The notes: generated by a model from the sequence alone, not told the origin. Positions 49,598 through 62,482 are shown, counted from the stretch's first letter. The stretch is DNA of 64,000 nt from Centroscyllium fabricii (GCA_051313645.2 JBNRSN020000018.1:18538001-18602000); one strand, 5' to 3'. A program made the numbers and translations.

Positions 49598-51030
49598 AGG
49601 CCTCCTGCTCAGAAGCTTGGGACTGCAGAGCAAGCCTGCTTTGCATTAACATTTTCCAAATGAGAGAGAGAGAATAAAAAATAGCGAGCAACCGTCAACC
49701 ATTTTCAGATGGTAGGAAGCCTCTGAGACAGGACGACCATAAACTATACTTCTGTTAGTAAGCTTCGCTTCAGATAAGAGTTTCCCTAGACATCATCTGC
49801 AAGGAGCTCAGTATGCTGTGTATGTACGCTCCACCACTGAATCCTCAACCACCATTTGTGAATACGCCATTGTAGACTGATCACCTGTTTATTTGTGAGA
49901 CAGGATCTTGTTGCTGTGAAATATAATTTTAAACAAGATGCCACCCACCCTCCCTTCCTTTCCCTCACCCCCAGCCCCAGCCCCCACTCCACCCCCACCC
50001 CCAATCCTGCAAATACCTGTAAAATATACAAGGAAGAATGGGTCAACTGTAAGAGACCGCGTGGGAGCTTCTTGTGTGTACCATGATCAGCCGCGGATGG
50101 TTGGAGAAGACCCTCGGACTGAGGGGGAGACGCAAAGAGGAGACAGCAAACTGACTGAAGAGAGCCAGACTACTCCTCTCTGCTCGTAAAACTGCCGAAT
50201 GCAAACTCCCAGATCTACTGCCTCACACCAGCGGAAGTTGTTTGATGCATTACCTTGTAGACAGACCATTTATCTGGGCTTCAGCCTCCACATAGGAAGT
50301 GCTATCAGTTGCAGGCAATCAGTGTTATACACGGATATTGCCAATGAGGACTCCGGACAGCTATTGTCCCTGGCTGAAATGCATTGTGAACAAGTTCCTG
50401 TAACTGTTGTTTGTATGTAAGTAATTCAGACTACCAGGAGAAGATGTAGAAGAATTATTTCATTACACGCTTTACAAACTGAATGGTTGTATACATTTAA
50501 CAGAATTATAATTGCTAGTGGGGAAAAAAAAAAGACTGCTACAGTTTTTGTTCGATAATATTTTTTTTCTTTAAAAAAAAAATAAACTAGATTTAATTTT
50601 GTTGATCTAATGCGGTTCTGCTTGAGAGGGTTTTTTTTAAATTTTGTTTTGGTTTGCTGATGTTTGGATGGTTTCCTGGCACCACAGCGTCTGTTTTTGC
50701 TTGTCCCTCTCACCACAAAATTTCTGCTTTTGTGGCTGTACAGGAAATATGAAAATTGCATGTTAGCACTATTGGCCTCGAAGCCTAGGGCCTAGTGACA
50801 AAATACTGTGGTTCTGGTAATGTGTACCTCCTGTGATCTTCAGGTCTTGCTCTGAGGGTTTCTGTAGCTTTGAGAGTTAAGTACTGTAACTGTCGTCTCC
50901 TTAACTTCACGTAAAACATGAAAAAAAAATTATTAAAAAAAGAAACTTAGCTCCATGTACAACTTTTAACTGCTACAGTCTATTTTATTTTCTAAAAAAA
51001 AAAGTGAATAAAACATTTACAGCTTCTTTA
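49598..51030 (+). other. GATA3: GATA3 3'UTR (end approximate)
   Basis: Repeat-free, AU/U-rich sequence after the stop; AATAAA at 51007-51012 followed by U-rich sequence; other AATAAA at 49673 and 50581. Confidence 0.65.
51007..51012 (+). terminator. Probable polyadenylation signal of GATA3
   Basis: AATAAA with a downstream U-rich tract (about 51045-51080). Confidence 0.55.
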
Positions 51031-51925
51031 GTCTATTTACAAGCCCTTTCTTTTAAAAAAAGATCTTTTTTTTTTGCTTTCAACTTGTCCAATCTCTTCT
51101 ACCTCAACCACATGAAGTTAATAAAGGACTAAATAACTGTAAAAACTCATTAAATTCAGCACATCTGGGAGTTAACAAGCAAGTTATGGTCAGTCCTTTG
51201 AACAGTACAGTGCCAGAAAACCACCCAAAACCACTGTTGGTGCTGTGCACCCATACCAATGGGGCAGAGCATACACATAATATAATAACCACTTGTGCAT
51301 CTTTTTAGTGGCTGGATTTTAAACACGTCGTCCATTACACCTCTTGTTTTCCTTTATTTTTCATTGTAAAATAATTCCTGTCTTTTTTCGAGGTACTGAC
51401 AAAGCCAAAAAAAAAATGTGCAATATGACATAGAAAACTGGCAGCGTAGACAAATGTAACAGGTTCTAAGTTATTTGTACATTATGCAGTACCTTTCAGA
51501 TGTGGAGCTTTTAAGGATACAGTATTTCTCTTTTTTTTTTCTAGTAAAGTAAGTTATTGGTGAATAGATATTACCTGACCTGTTCCTATCCCTTGTAAAG
51601 AATGGAATACTATGCTACTTGTATTAATAAATGACCAGACAAAGTGTACAAGTTTGAATCCGTTGTCTTATGTAGTGACCTGGCCTTTCCAGTTGTAAGG
51701 CTCTGCAGGTTGGGCTGGATAAATCTGTTAAGTGGGCTCGAAGGGCCAAATGGCCTGCTCCTGCTTCTATCTTCTATGTTTCTAAGTGTCCATTGTGAGT
51801 GGGTAGGGCATAAATTTGAGACTGATTTGCATGCTGTTCTTCAGTTGAGGGAGAACTGGCTGATCAGCATTTAGGAATTGGTACTCTGCCATATGCATGT
51901 GTGTGTGGGTGTGTGTGTATATATA

Positions 51926-52564
51926 CAGGTATACAACCTCTTATCCGAAACCCTTGGGGTCAGATGTTTTTCGTAATTTGGAATTTTTCGTATTTTGGAA
52001 TTTTGATATTTTCACAGTGAAATTAAACACAAAATAACCAAAAATATCAGAGAGCAGCAGAAGCACGTGTGACTGATAGCAGCGCTGAGACACAAATGAT
52101 GGCTCACACCTACGTGGGTCGAGCGTCGGCCATGTCGGCGCAACTCGGGTCATGGTGGCATAGTGGTTAGCACCGTTGCCTCACAGCGCTAGGGGCCTGG
52201 GTTCAAATCCGGCCTCGGGTGACTATCTGTGTGGAGTTTGCACATTCTCCCCGTGTCTGCGTGGGTTTCCTCCGGGTGCTCCGGTTTCCTCCCACAGTCC
52301 AAAGACGTGCGGGTTAGTTTGATTGGCCAGGATAAATCGACCCTTAGTGTGTTAGGGAGATTGAATGTGTGGGGTTACGGGGATAGGGTGGGATATGTGT
52401 CAGTGCAGGCTCGATAGGCCGAAATGGCCTCTATCTGCACTGTCGAGATTCTATGATTCTATTCTATGATTCTATGTCGTGCACACGAGTGACGCTCCAG
52501 AAAAAACTTTAGGTTTTCAGAGCTATTCAATTTTCGGAATTGCGGATAAGGAGTTGTATACCTG
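51926..52564. mobile_element. Tigger4/Zombi-like MITE with nested SINE
   Basis: TA|CAGGTATACAACCTCTTATCCGAAA ... TTGCGGATAAGGAGTTGTATACCTG TIRs; SINE at 52154-52476. Confidence 0.75.
52154..52476 (+). mobile_element. HE1-like SINE (tail type A)
   Basis: A and B boxes, core, (ATTCTATG)n tail. Confidence 0.85.
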
Positions 52565-52599
52565 TGTGCATATCTATATATATATATATATATATATAA

Positions 52600-52977
52600 T
52601 TTGAGGACCGGTAATCCGGCACCCGATGGTCCGGCAGATTCAGTGGTCCGGCACGATTGGAAACCGGCGCTCTTCATTTTGCGGAGCAACTGCTCGGCGG
52701 TGTCACCATTTCCCGTGAAGGGTGAGCGAGCGGCGAAAGCGTCGAGCGTTTGGGTTTCTGTTTTTTTAGGTCTTCTAAGTGTTCTATCCCTGGGCTCCTT
52801 CCCAGGGAGTGTTCTACCCACACGTTCCGGGCCCCGGGGAGTGTTCTACCCACGCGCGCCGGGTCCCGGGGAGTGTTCTACTCGTGCGCTCCCCCCCGAT
52901 CCTTCAGTGGTTTGGAATTTTCAGTGGTCCGGCACCGGCCTGGTCCCGAGGCTGCCGGATTAACGGTGCTCAACCTG
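52600..52977. mobile_element. Third copy of the minisatellite MITE (~4 units, opposite orientation) inside a (TA)n tract
   Basis: GTTCTA anchors at 52781, 52811, 52843 and 52875; right TIR GGATTAACGGTGCTCAACCTG|TA. Confidence 0.8.
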
Positions 52978-54646
52978 TATATATTTGTTATATATATTAT
53001 ATATATATTTTTATATATATAATATTTTTATATATATATATTTATATTTTTATATGTATGTGTACAGAAAAGCGTGTACATGTGTCTTAAAATAGACATA
53101 TGGCGCACTACGTCAATAATATATTACAGCATTGGTTTTCAAGCTCTTCTGTGTGGCGGGCCCCCCTGCAATATTCCTGCACTCCTGGGGATCACGCAAA
53201 AACATTGACACACTTCCCAGCTACTCCTTGTTTTAAGCCGACAAAGATGGTGTCAAAGCTACCCCTGAGGCAAAACAATGCTATCTTTGCAGAAGATATT
53301 ATTAGTGTACAGCGACCTCAATAATGTGCGAGAAAGCCATCGTATATAGAAAATCCCGATGAGCCTTTTTTGCATCCATTTGTGGATTTGCTAGGGTGCA
53401 GACCCCTCCCCCCTATTTGGAAGCCTATGGCGATATATTAACGACGAGATTTCATTCAATTACAACTTCATTGGATGTGAAACGTTTTGGCACGTCATGA
53501 AAGTCGCTATATAAATGCACATTCTTTAACTCAAGATGGAGTATTAGGGAATTTAAACTTCCAAGGTAAAATTTAACATTTACATCACGGACTTATTTGG
53601 GAACTATGAGTTCAGTTGAGAAAATTCTGGGAGGAGGGGAGCCATTATGACATTATTGACTTGGCAACCGGAAATTGACATGTGCGATATTATCAGTTTA
53701 ATAACACGGAGTGACACTGCCATCTCAGCGGCTGAATCGACCGTCACCAGTGCGGCTCCTTGTTTAACTTTGACAGATGTTAGATGGAGAGTTTCATTCG
53801 GACGGTCAGGAGGCAGGTCGGCGCGCTGTCTCTGCTGTGACCTCTGCCAAGCGATGATGCCAGCTGACAATTGACACACGGGGCGGCATGGAGCCCACAG
53901 CAAAAGGCAACAGAACACTCAATTCCTCAGCACAGTCTCTTATTTATTTGGGGAGGGGTTTGGGATCTGCAGAAGAGGCACCCACGCGCATGCAGAGCTG
54001 GGCCCGACTCCAGTACATTATTCTGCTAATGCTGCAATGCAATCAACGAGCCAACACTGAAAGCCCTTTTTCTGACGCACAATTCTTATATTTACAGATT
54101 TGTGCAGTCATTGGCATTTTGTTGCGTAGATTCCAGACACAGAATAAATGGAAGCAAATCACTGATCTGAAATATCCACAATCTTTCCATTTGTCACTGA
54201 AGATCATCATCTCTGCCAATCATCCTTTACTGCAGGTTGACTCCCCTCTGTGACTGGTAATGCCAATTATGCTCGCCCTGTAGGAGGCCTAGGTGGTGGG
54301 AACAGAGATAAATACAGATGGCTTACATCTGGAATTAACATGCTTCTCTACACCTTAGTCACCACTGCAAAGTTCGGAGGACTAACAGCCTGTTGATGTA
54401 AATGACACATGCTCCAACAAAGATCTTCAACTGGTATGTTAGGGTCTGGACATATTTTATATTAATACTGAATTTAGCGATTGCCCTCTGCCTCCCATGC
54501 TAGTACTGGGGCAAAATGGGGCCAAGACTCCTACTCTTGATCACTATCCACTGGTTCTTGGTGTGTGGGCTTGGCTGTGAGCCCTCTCAGTCCGCCAATA
54601 CTCTCCAGACACGTATCCAGAAGAGCCATTTGGGCATGGTATTATA

Positions 54647-54936
54647 ATTTAATAATTCAACTTTTATTGTCATTATACAATGTACAAGTACATGAACAAC
54701 GAAATGTGATCTTGCAAGCTCCCAAGAGTCCAGCAAAGCCGCTGTGTCTGTGCACGCCGCCATTCCATCTTTTCCATCATTCCGACAATCTTCAGCCAAC
54801 CGCCCCTCCCCAGGGCTCCTTTTGTGACCTTCTGCACCTGGTATTCCCTGGTGGTCACCCATCACAAGTCCTAACCAGGCCTGGCTCTGCTTAGCTTCCA
54901 AGCCTTGCCAGTGACCCTGTCCCTAGTCCCAGGAAC
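54647..54936 (-). mobile_element. 5S-rRNA-derived SINE, second copy
   Basis: Colinear with 43040-43340; 5S-like segment at 54828-54902; same 5' end. Confidence 0.8.
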
Positions 54937-55635
54937 AGGGCGGCCGTTGGCTATGGATCCATACCCCAACAAGAGCTGCCACTTTCAATGGAGATGGAGA
55001 GAAATCTGGAAATTTAAAAATAAATTATCTTTATATTCATAATCAGTAATCATAATCATAACCATACCATAATCACAAGATTGGTATGAATGAGGCACAT
55101 TTTAGTTTATCGGTTTCAAAAGGCCCGACAGTGCCATCAATAACAAGAGTATTATAAATATTTTTAATGGGGATGAATTGTACATTTAATGCAACTGCCC
55201 AATGTAAAGTTGATCAAAAGTGATTTTCATATTTAAACTTTTAATAATTACATTTAATAATTTGAGATAGACATTGTCGAGTTGGAACTTAGGAACGTAG
55301 GAACATGATTGTGCCAGTCAACCCCTCGAGCCTGTTCCGCCATTCAGTGAGATCGCGGCTGATCTGCGACCGAACTCCATCTACCCGCCTTTGGCCCATA
55401 TCCCTTAATACCTTTGGTTAACAAAAATCTATCTGTTGGCTGTTGTGAATAATTAAAGGTGCATTGGTATTGTTTGAAAGTCATTGGCAACTGCAATTAT
55501 TAAAGTGACGCAATGACGTAATTCATACAGTGATACGACTCTTGTTGAAAAATTTGCTGTGTCATGACAGCGTCATTGTGTGACATGGGACTCTTGTATC
55601 GTTCTGTCCTCAAGTTTCCTTTTCACAAAAGACAT

Positions 55636-56519
55636 TGGGCCCTGTTTTCCTGTGCTCCAGAAGAGCTGCACCCCCACGAAGGGGGGTCAGAAATGCCTCG
55701 TGGGGGTGCAGCTCGGGTGATTACCAGAAACGTGAATTTCCTGTGCTGATGGGCAAGGGGCTTCAGCTTCCTACCCAGGAAGACTTTGAGCTGCCGATTT
55801 CCTGTGGCAGCTGCTCAAAATGCGTGTGTATCACGTGGGCAAGTCTCTCTTCAGCTGCACATTTAAAAAGCAGTCTTAGAGGTGCTGCAGCAGCTTTGAG
55901 AAGTGGAGAAACACGTTTAAAGGTAAGTTTTTTTTTGATTCCTTTGCAGATATTTGTCTGTGGCCTTTCAGCTTTTAAATGGGTAGTTTTTTTTTTGGTG
56001 AAAGTGAAAAAAAAACGGGGTTTTAACGCGATGTCAGCAGCTCTGATGGCCATCACAGCTGCTTAATTCGTGTTAAAAACCTGTTTTTTTTCCACTTTCA
56101 CCAAAAAAACCAAAAAACTACCCATTTACAAGCTGAAAGGAATCAAAAAAAAACTTACCTTTAAACGTGTTTTTTTCACTTCCACCAAAAAAAGCCAAGG
56201 TGCTTCCTAGAAACTTAAAAAAAACAAGGTGCTTCCTAGAAACTTTAAAAAAACAAGGTGCTTCCTACCCGATATTCTTTGTCCTGAGGCCGATTCTGTG
56301 CTTTGTGCGGGGGGAAAGCCGACCTCAGTGGGCGTGGCCTGCTCACAACCTATGCACAAAGCACCTCGCACCAAAAAAAAACAGACCCCTACGCAGCAAA
56401 AAAACCCGGCATTTTCCACAGGAAATTGCCGTCAGAAAAAAAAAAATTACGTGCGCGTGCGCCGCGGGTGCACGTGAGCGCACACCCGCAGCAATCGGGC
56501 CACAGGAAAACAGGGCCCA
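55636..56519. mobile_element. Non-autonomous DNA transposon (possibly PIF/Harbinger-like) with a large internal palindrome
   Basis: Perfect 19-bp TIR TGGGCCCTGTTTTCCTGTG; internal inverted arms about 55908-56172 centred on TGATGGCCATCA; superfamily assignment tentative. Confidence 0.75.
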
Positions 56520-56659
56520 TCGTTTTGTAGGATTAGGTAACTGAATGGGCCAGATTTGGTCTGTGGGTTTAACGTTGTGAGCGATGGGAATCACTTCAGG
56601 TGTTGTCAGAAAAAGCTCACTTTAGACAACCCAGGAAACAGCTCTTGTATGCAGCATGG

Positions 56660-58470
56660 AAACATAGAAGATAGGAGCAGGAGGAGGCAGTTCGGCCCCT
56701 TGAGCCTGCTCCGCCATTCAATGAGATCATGGCTGATCATCCAAATTCAGTACCCTGTCCCTGCTTTCTCCCCATATCCCTTGATCCCTTTAGCCTTAAA
56801 GAATATATCCAACTCCTTGAATATATTTAATGAATTGGCCTCCACTGCCCTCTGTGGCAAAGAATTCCACAGATTCACCACTCTCTGGGTGAAGAAATTC
56901 TTCCTCATCTCAGTCCTAAATGGCTTACCCCTTATCCTTAGACTGTGACCCCTGGTTCTGGACTCACCGGCCATCGGGAACATCCTTCCTGCATCTAGTC
57001 TGTCCAGGCCTGACAGAATTTTATAGGTTTCGATGAGATCCCCTCTCAATCTTCTTAACTCCAGTGAGTATAAGCCCAATCGACACAATCTCTCCTCATA
57101 CATTATTCCTGCCATCCCAGGTATCAGCCTGGTAAATCGTTACTGCACTCCCTCCATGGCAAGAACATCCATCCTCAGATAACGCTACCAAAATTGCACA
57201 CAATACTCGAGGTGCGGTCTGATCAGGGCCCTGTACAGCTGCAGCAAGACATCCTTGTTCTTATATTCAAACCCTCTTGCTACGAAGGCCAACATACCAT
57301 TTGCCTTCTTAACCGCTTGCTGCACCTGCATGCTTACCTTCAGCGACTGGTGCACAAGAACACCCAGGTATCATTGCACTTCCCCTTCTCCCAATCTATT
57401 GCCATTCAAATAATAATCTGCCTTCCTGTTTTTGCCACCAAAGTGGATAACCTCACATTTATCCACATTATAGTGCATTTGCCATGTTTCTGCCCAATCA
57501 CCCAACCTGTCCAAATCGTACTGGAGTTTCACGACATCCTCCTCATATCATACCCTCCCACCCAGCTTTGTGTCGTCTGCAAATTTGGAGATACTACATC
57601 CAATTCCCGTGTCCAGATCATTAATATATATATATTGTGAACAGCTGGGGTCCAAGGACCGATCCTTGCGGTACCCCACTAGTCACTGCCTGCCACTCAG
57701 AAAACGACCCATTTATTCCAACTCTTTGCTTTCTATCTGCCAACCGGTTCTCTGTCCAAGTCAATACCTTGCCCCCAATCCCATGTGCCTTAATGTTGCA
57801 TGCTAATCTCTTATGTGGGACCTTATCGAAAACCTTCTGAAAGTCCAAATACACCACATCCACTGGTTCTCCAGTAGATTAGTCAAGCACGATTTACCTT
57901 TTGTAAATCCATGTTGACTTTGTCCGATCCTGTCACTGTTTTCCAAGTGCTCTGCTGTTACATCTTTTATAATGGACTCTAGCATTTTCCCCACTACTGA
58001 TGTCAGGCTTACCGGTCTATAATTCCCTGCTTTTTCTCTACCACCTTTTTTGAATAGTGGGGTAACATTAGCTACCCTCCAATCCATGGGTACTGTTCCA
58101 GAGTCTTATCGAGTTCTGGAAGATGACCAGCAATGCATCTACTATCTCCAGGGCCACTTCCGTAAGTACCCTAGGATGTAGATTATCAGGCCCTGGGGAT
58201 TTATCGGCCTTCAATCCCGTCAACCTCCGCAAAACCATTTCCTTACAAATACTGATTTCTTTCAGTTCCTCCTTCTCATTAGTTCCTATGTTCCCCGACA
58301 TCTCCGGGAGGTTGTTTGTGTCCTCCTTTGTGAAGACAGAACCAAAGTATGTATTTAATTGGTCTGCCATTTCTTTGTTCCCCATTATAAATTCCCCTGA
58401 TTCTGATTGCAAGGGACCTACGCTTGACTTCACCAATCTTGTTCTCTTCATATATCGGAAAAGCTTTTAT
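56660..58470 (-). mobile_element. CR1-clade LINE ORF2 (reverse transcriptase) fragment, disrupted
   Basis: Frameshifted RT motifs: [61 protein letters not shown], then C-terminus and tail. Confidence 0.9.
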
Positions 58471-59095
58471 AGTCAGTTTTTATGTTCCCATGTGTTATAG
58501 ACACCAACAAGAGGGACACGCTGCCATTTGTAGACATGGCTGGCATGCACAAACCCATTTTGGAGCCAACACTTTGATTTTCACCTCGAGCCTTATTCCT
58601 AGATGTTTCGATGAACAATTCCCTTTTTGCCTCATTAAGACATTTTCGGAATAAGAAAAGGCCATTAGGCCCAACAAGCCTCACTCATATATTGAGCCTG
58701 AGATTGATCCTACTAACCCACCTTTTCTCCATTTCCATCAACACTTCTTTCTCCAGAAACATGTCTAATTGTCTCTTAATCCTATTCGTGCCAGAGAGAA
58801 TTTGTTGAGCTTTTATTCTTCCCACTTGTAAGCAAATAAATTAGATTCAAAGTTTGAATTCAAATGAGTGGAACTGATGTCTCCCTGCACTCAGAATTAT
58901 TAGCTGCCTCTGCTCTGCCACAGAGCAAGGCAGTTTGATCCATTCAAGGGAGTAGAGTTATTATTATTTTGGTCACCTTCGCCGTGCATCCCCGCATGGC
59001 TGCTGAATCGCACAGTCTGTTTGGCCTCAGGATGCTCTCACCTCCCACTAACTTGCTTCCTCCGTACAGTGTGTGGATTACTCTGGGGCCACGAG

Positions 59096-59497
59096 CACGC
59101 TGGCACAGTGGTTAGCACTGTTGCCTTACAGCACTGGAGACCCGGGTTCAAATCCAGCCTCGGGTCCTATCTGTGTGGAGTTTGCACATTCTCCCCGTGT
59201 CTGCGTGGGTTTCCTCCGGGTGCTCCGGTTTCCTCCCACCGTCCAAAGATGTGCGGGGTTAGGTTGATTGGCCAGGATAAATTGACCCTTAGTGTTAGGG
59301 GGATTAAATAGGTGGGGTTACGGGGATAGGGTGGGATATGTGTTGATGGAGGCTCGATAGGGATCAAGGGATATGGGGAGAGGGCAGGGGCAGGGTACTG
59401 GATTTGGATGATCAGCCATGATCTCGTTGAATGGCAGAGCAGGCTCGAAGGGCCGAATGGCCTACTCCTGCTCCTAGTTTCTATGTTTCTATGTTTC
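59096..59497 (+). mobile_element. HE1-like SINE (tail type B)
   Basis: A and B boxes, core, tail. Confidence 0.85.
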
Positions 59498-59857
59498 TGG
59501 CCAAGCCTTACTCCTGCAAAGTGGACCTTGTGGCCTGCGCTTTTCTCAGAGGAACTTTCCGAGTGCACCGTGTTTTGTGGCTCAGCCTCCCTCCTGACAC
59601 CAGACACCCAAATTAAGGAGGGCCTCTTGGATCGTGCACCCTGCGGAAATGGTAGCCGGGCGGCTGTGTAAATACGAGCTCATTCTGAAGCTCGTGCAAG
59701 TCAATACAGGCCAGAATCTCTCCCATTTCAGCAGACTGCTGGCTCTGCGAGGAGCGTCACTTCAACAAGCTCACAAGTCAAAAAAATATGTATGTTGGAA
59801 TGTAAAGACGGAAAATTATATTTCTAAACCTCGAGGATGTGGAGGGAAAAGGGCAGC

Positions 59858-60130
59858 TGTGATGCACGATCAATTATACTCGAGACGAGGTTAAGAACAT
59901 AGCTGAGGCTTTTATTACCAAAGAACTGGAGTGCAGGTCTCGTCACTAACCGGTCCTGGAATGCCACGAGGTCAGCAGTGCTACCACCTTTATACTGTGG
60001 CAGCCTGTGGGTGGAGCCAGGAGGCGGAGCCGGCTGAGTCATCCCAGGTAGCTCTCAGGTCGGCAAGAGGTAACCCTATACAACACAGAGTAACTATATA
60101 CAATACAGTGCAATACAATGGTTCACCACA
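59858..60130 (-). mobile_element. Probable solo LTR (273 bp)
   Basis: TGTGATG...CACCACA termini; on the minus strand TATAAAG (~59990) precedes AATAAAA (~59912); no clear 4-5 bp TSD. Confidence 0.55.
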
Positions 60131-60407
60131 AGCTGCCCACAAGATTATTTAATTCCTGCAATAAACTCACAAATCCCAATCCATGAACCCAAGGGATGGC
60201 AATCTAAGTGATCTGATTTTACTACTCCCTGGCACTAGCCCAAACGTGGACCCAGTTTCACCAACTTGTGCCACGCTCTGTTACTTTATTTGGGACTTCA
60301 GCATGACACAGAACGATCCTGTTACTATGTTCAAATATGACACTGAGTCATTTAAAAGAAGATCTTATCAACATTAGGCACTTTACGGACCTGCTTACGG
60401 TGGTCTC

Positions 60408-61820
60408 TGAACATTATTAAAGACCCCACACACCCCAGCCACAGTCTGTTCGCCCCCCTGCCCTCTGGGAGACGCTACAGAGCAATTCGCACCCGCACGA
60501 CTAGATTTCAGAACAGCTTCTTCCCCAGGGCTGTCAGCCTACTGAACTCTAAAAAGAAACTCCGGTACCTGCACGCCTGATAATGTACTTTACTGTATGC
60601 AATTTGCATGTAATTTATTTGCACTACTCTCGGGAGCGTCGAGTCTTCGTCTCGTTGTATTGTACTAGTACGGGGTAAGCAACAAAGTGGTGGGATGGAT
60701 TGAGAACTGGCTGGCTCAGAGGAAGCAGAGGGTAGTGGTAGAAGGCCAATACTCGAGCTGGAGACCGGTCACCAGCGGGGTACCACAGGGGTCGGTGTTG
60801 GGGCCACTACTGTTTGTAATCTTCATCAATGACTTGGAGGAGGGGGCTGAGGGGTGGGTCAGCAAATTTGCAGATGACACAAAGATTGGGGGAGTAGTGG
60901 ATGAGGAGGAAGGGAGTAGAACGATTCAGAGGGATATAGACAGGATGCAGAGCTAGGCTGAAGAATGGCAAATGGAGTTCAACACGGGGAAATGCGAGGT
61001 GATGCACTTCGGCAGGGCAAATAGGAAGAGGCAATATAGGGTCAACGGCAGGATCCTGAGTGAAGCAGAGGAGCAAAGGGATCTGGGAGTATATGTACAC
61101 AGATCACTGAAGGCTGCCACCCAGGTGGACAAAGCAGTAAAAAAGGCCTATGGTGTATTGGCCTTCATCAACAGGGGAATAGAGTTTAAGAACCGGGAGG
61201 TCATGCTGCAGTTGTACAGGTCACTGGTGAGACCACACGTGGAGTACTGTGTGCAGTTCTGGGCACCGTACTACAGGAGGGATGTGGAGGCACTGGAAAG
61301 AGTGCAGAGGAGATTCACCAGGATGCTGCCGGGAATGGGGGGAAAGTCATACGAGGAACGGTTAAGGGAACTGGGACTCTTCTCCCTGGAACGAAGAAGG
61401 AAGAGGGGGGACCTGATAGAGATGTATAAAATGATGAAGGGGATCGACAGGGTAAATGTGCAAAGACTGTTTCCCCGGGCGGGAAGAACGACAACAAGAG
61501 GACACGAGCACAAGATTCAAGGAGGAAGATTCAGACGGGATGGCAGGGGCAAGTTCTTCACACAAAGAGTGGTCGGGGAATGGAATAGGCTACCATCTGA
61601 AATAGTGGATGCGGACAGTCTGGGTGCTTTTAAAAGGATGATAGACAGGTACATGGAAGGGAAGGAACAGTAGGGGGGACAGGAAAAATCAGAGACGAAA
61701 TAAGGGCGGCACTACATTGAGGGCCCAAGAGCCTGTACAGTGCTGTATGTTCTATGTTCTATGTACTCTGCAATGACAATAAAACTTGAATTGAATTGAA
61801 TTGAATTGAATTGAATTGAA
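60408..61820 (+). mobile_element. Rex1/Babar-like 3' end split by a CR1 insertion
   Basis: 60408-60671 matches the other Rex copies; tail resumes at 61763 as GTACTCTGCAATGACAATAAAAC(TTGAA)n. Confidence 0.8.
60672..61762 (+). mobile_element. 5'-truncated CR1-clade LINE (RT C-terminal half, one in-frame stop)
   Basis: [21 protein letters not shown]...KFADDTK; TAG at 60954-60956 then same-frame ORF to 61673; (TTCTATG)n tail; GTAC at both junctions. Confidence 0.9.
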
Positions 61821-62394
61821 TTTACATCTTTCCGGACTCAATTCCCATTTACACCTCCTTTAGACCCATCTTTTGTTCCCATACTTGTCCCATTACCCTC
61901 TCCTTTCACCTCGCACCATCACCCCCTCTGTCATTTAATCTCTCCTGCCTTTCGCCCGAACACAGACCTTTTGTTCTATTCCCCCCGCCCCCCCCCCCCC
62001 CCCCCCGCCCCTTCCCTGCCTCTGTACCTGTTACAGGAAACTCTTTGATATCCGGCACTGGCATGTCGCTGGCCTTTCAAAATTTCCGGATGACGGAGAG
62101 GGTTATCTACCGAGGCTATTTTTAACAAAGAAAACCAAAAAAAATCAAGAAATGTGCAGTATACAGTAATTGGGTCCTCACCTACAGAATGTTGTGTTAA
62201 ATGGATGTGGATTGTGGCAGCTTGGAGAACTACCCCCACTGACTAACTCGGCCACCACAGGAGACTCGGACTTGGCAACATTGCCGGTTATTGAGGTGTT
62301 GTTCTCGGAGCGAGAATTTTGCCGGTTAATAGAAAATTCCAGATATTTTAGGCGCCGGTTAAACAAGAGTTTCCTGTACTTCTCCAACGTTTTC

Positions 62395-62482
62395 TAGTTC
62401 TGACGAAGGGTCATCGACCTGAAACGTTGCTCTCCACAGATGCTGCCTGACCTGCTGAGTATTTCCAGCATTTTCTGTTTTT
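62395..62482 (+). mobile_element. Penelope-like terminal repeat (family B) with hammerhead core
   Basis: AGTT-CTGACGA-A-GGGTC-ATC-GACCT-GAAA-CG-TT; the 3' strand of stem I is lost. Confidence 0.6.

Noticed and set aside
60687-61673. Functional or domesticated reverse transcriptase
   Set aside because: 5'-truncated, contains an in-frame stop, and ends in a LINE tail; an ordinary insertion.
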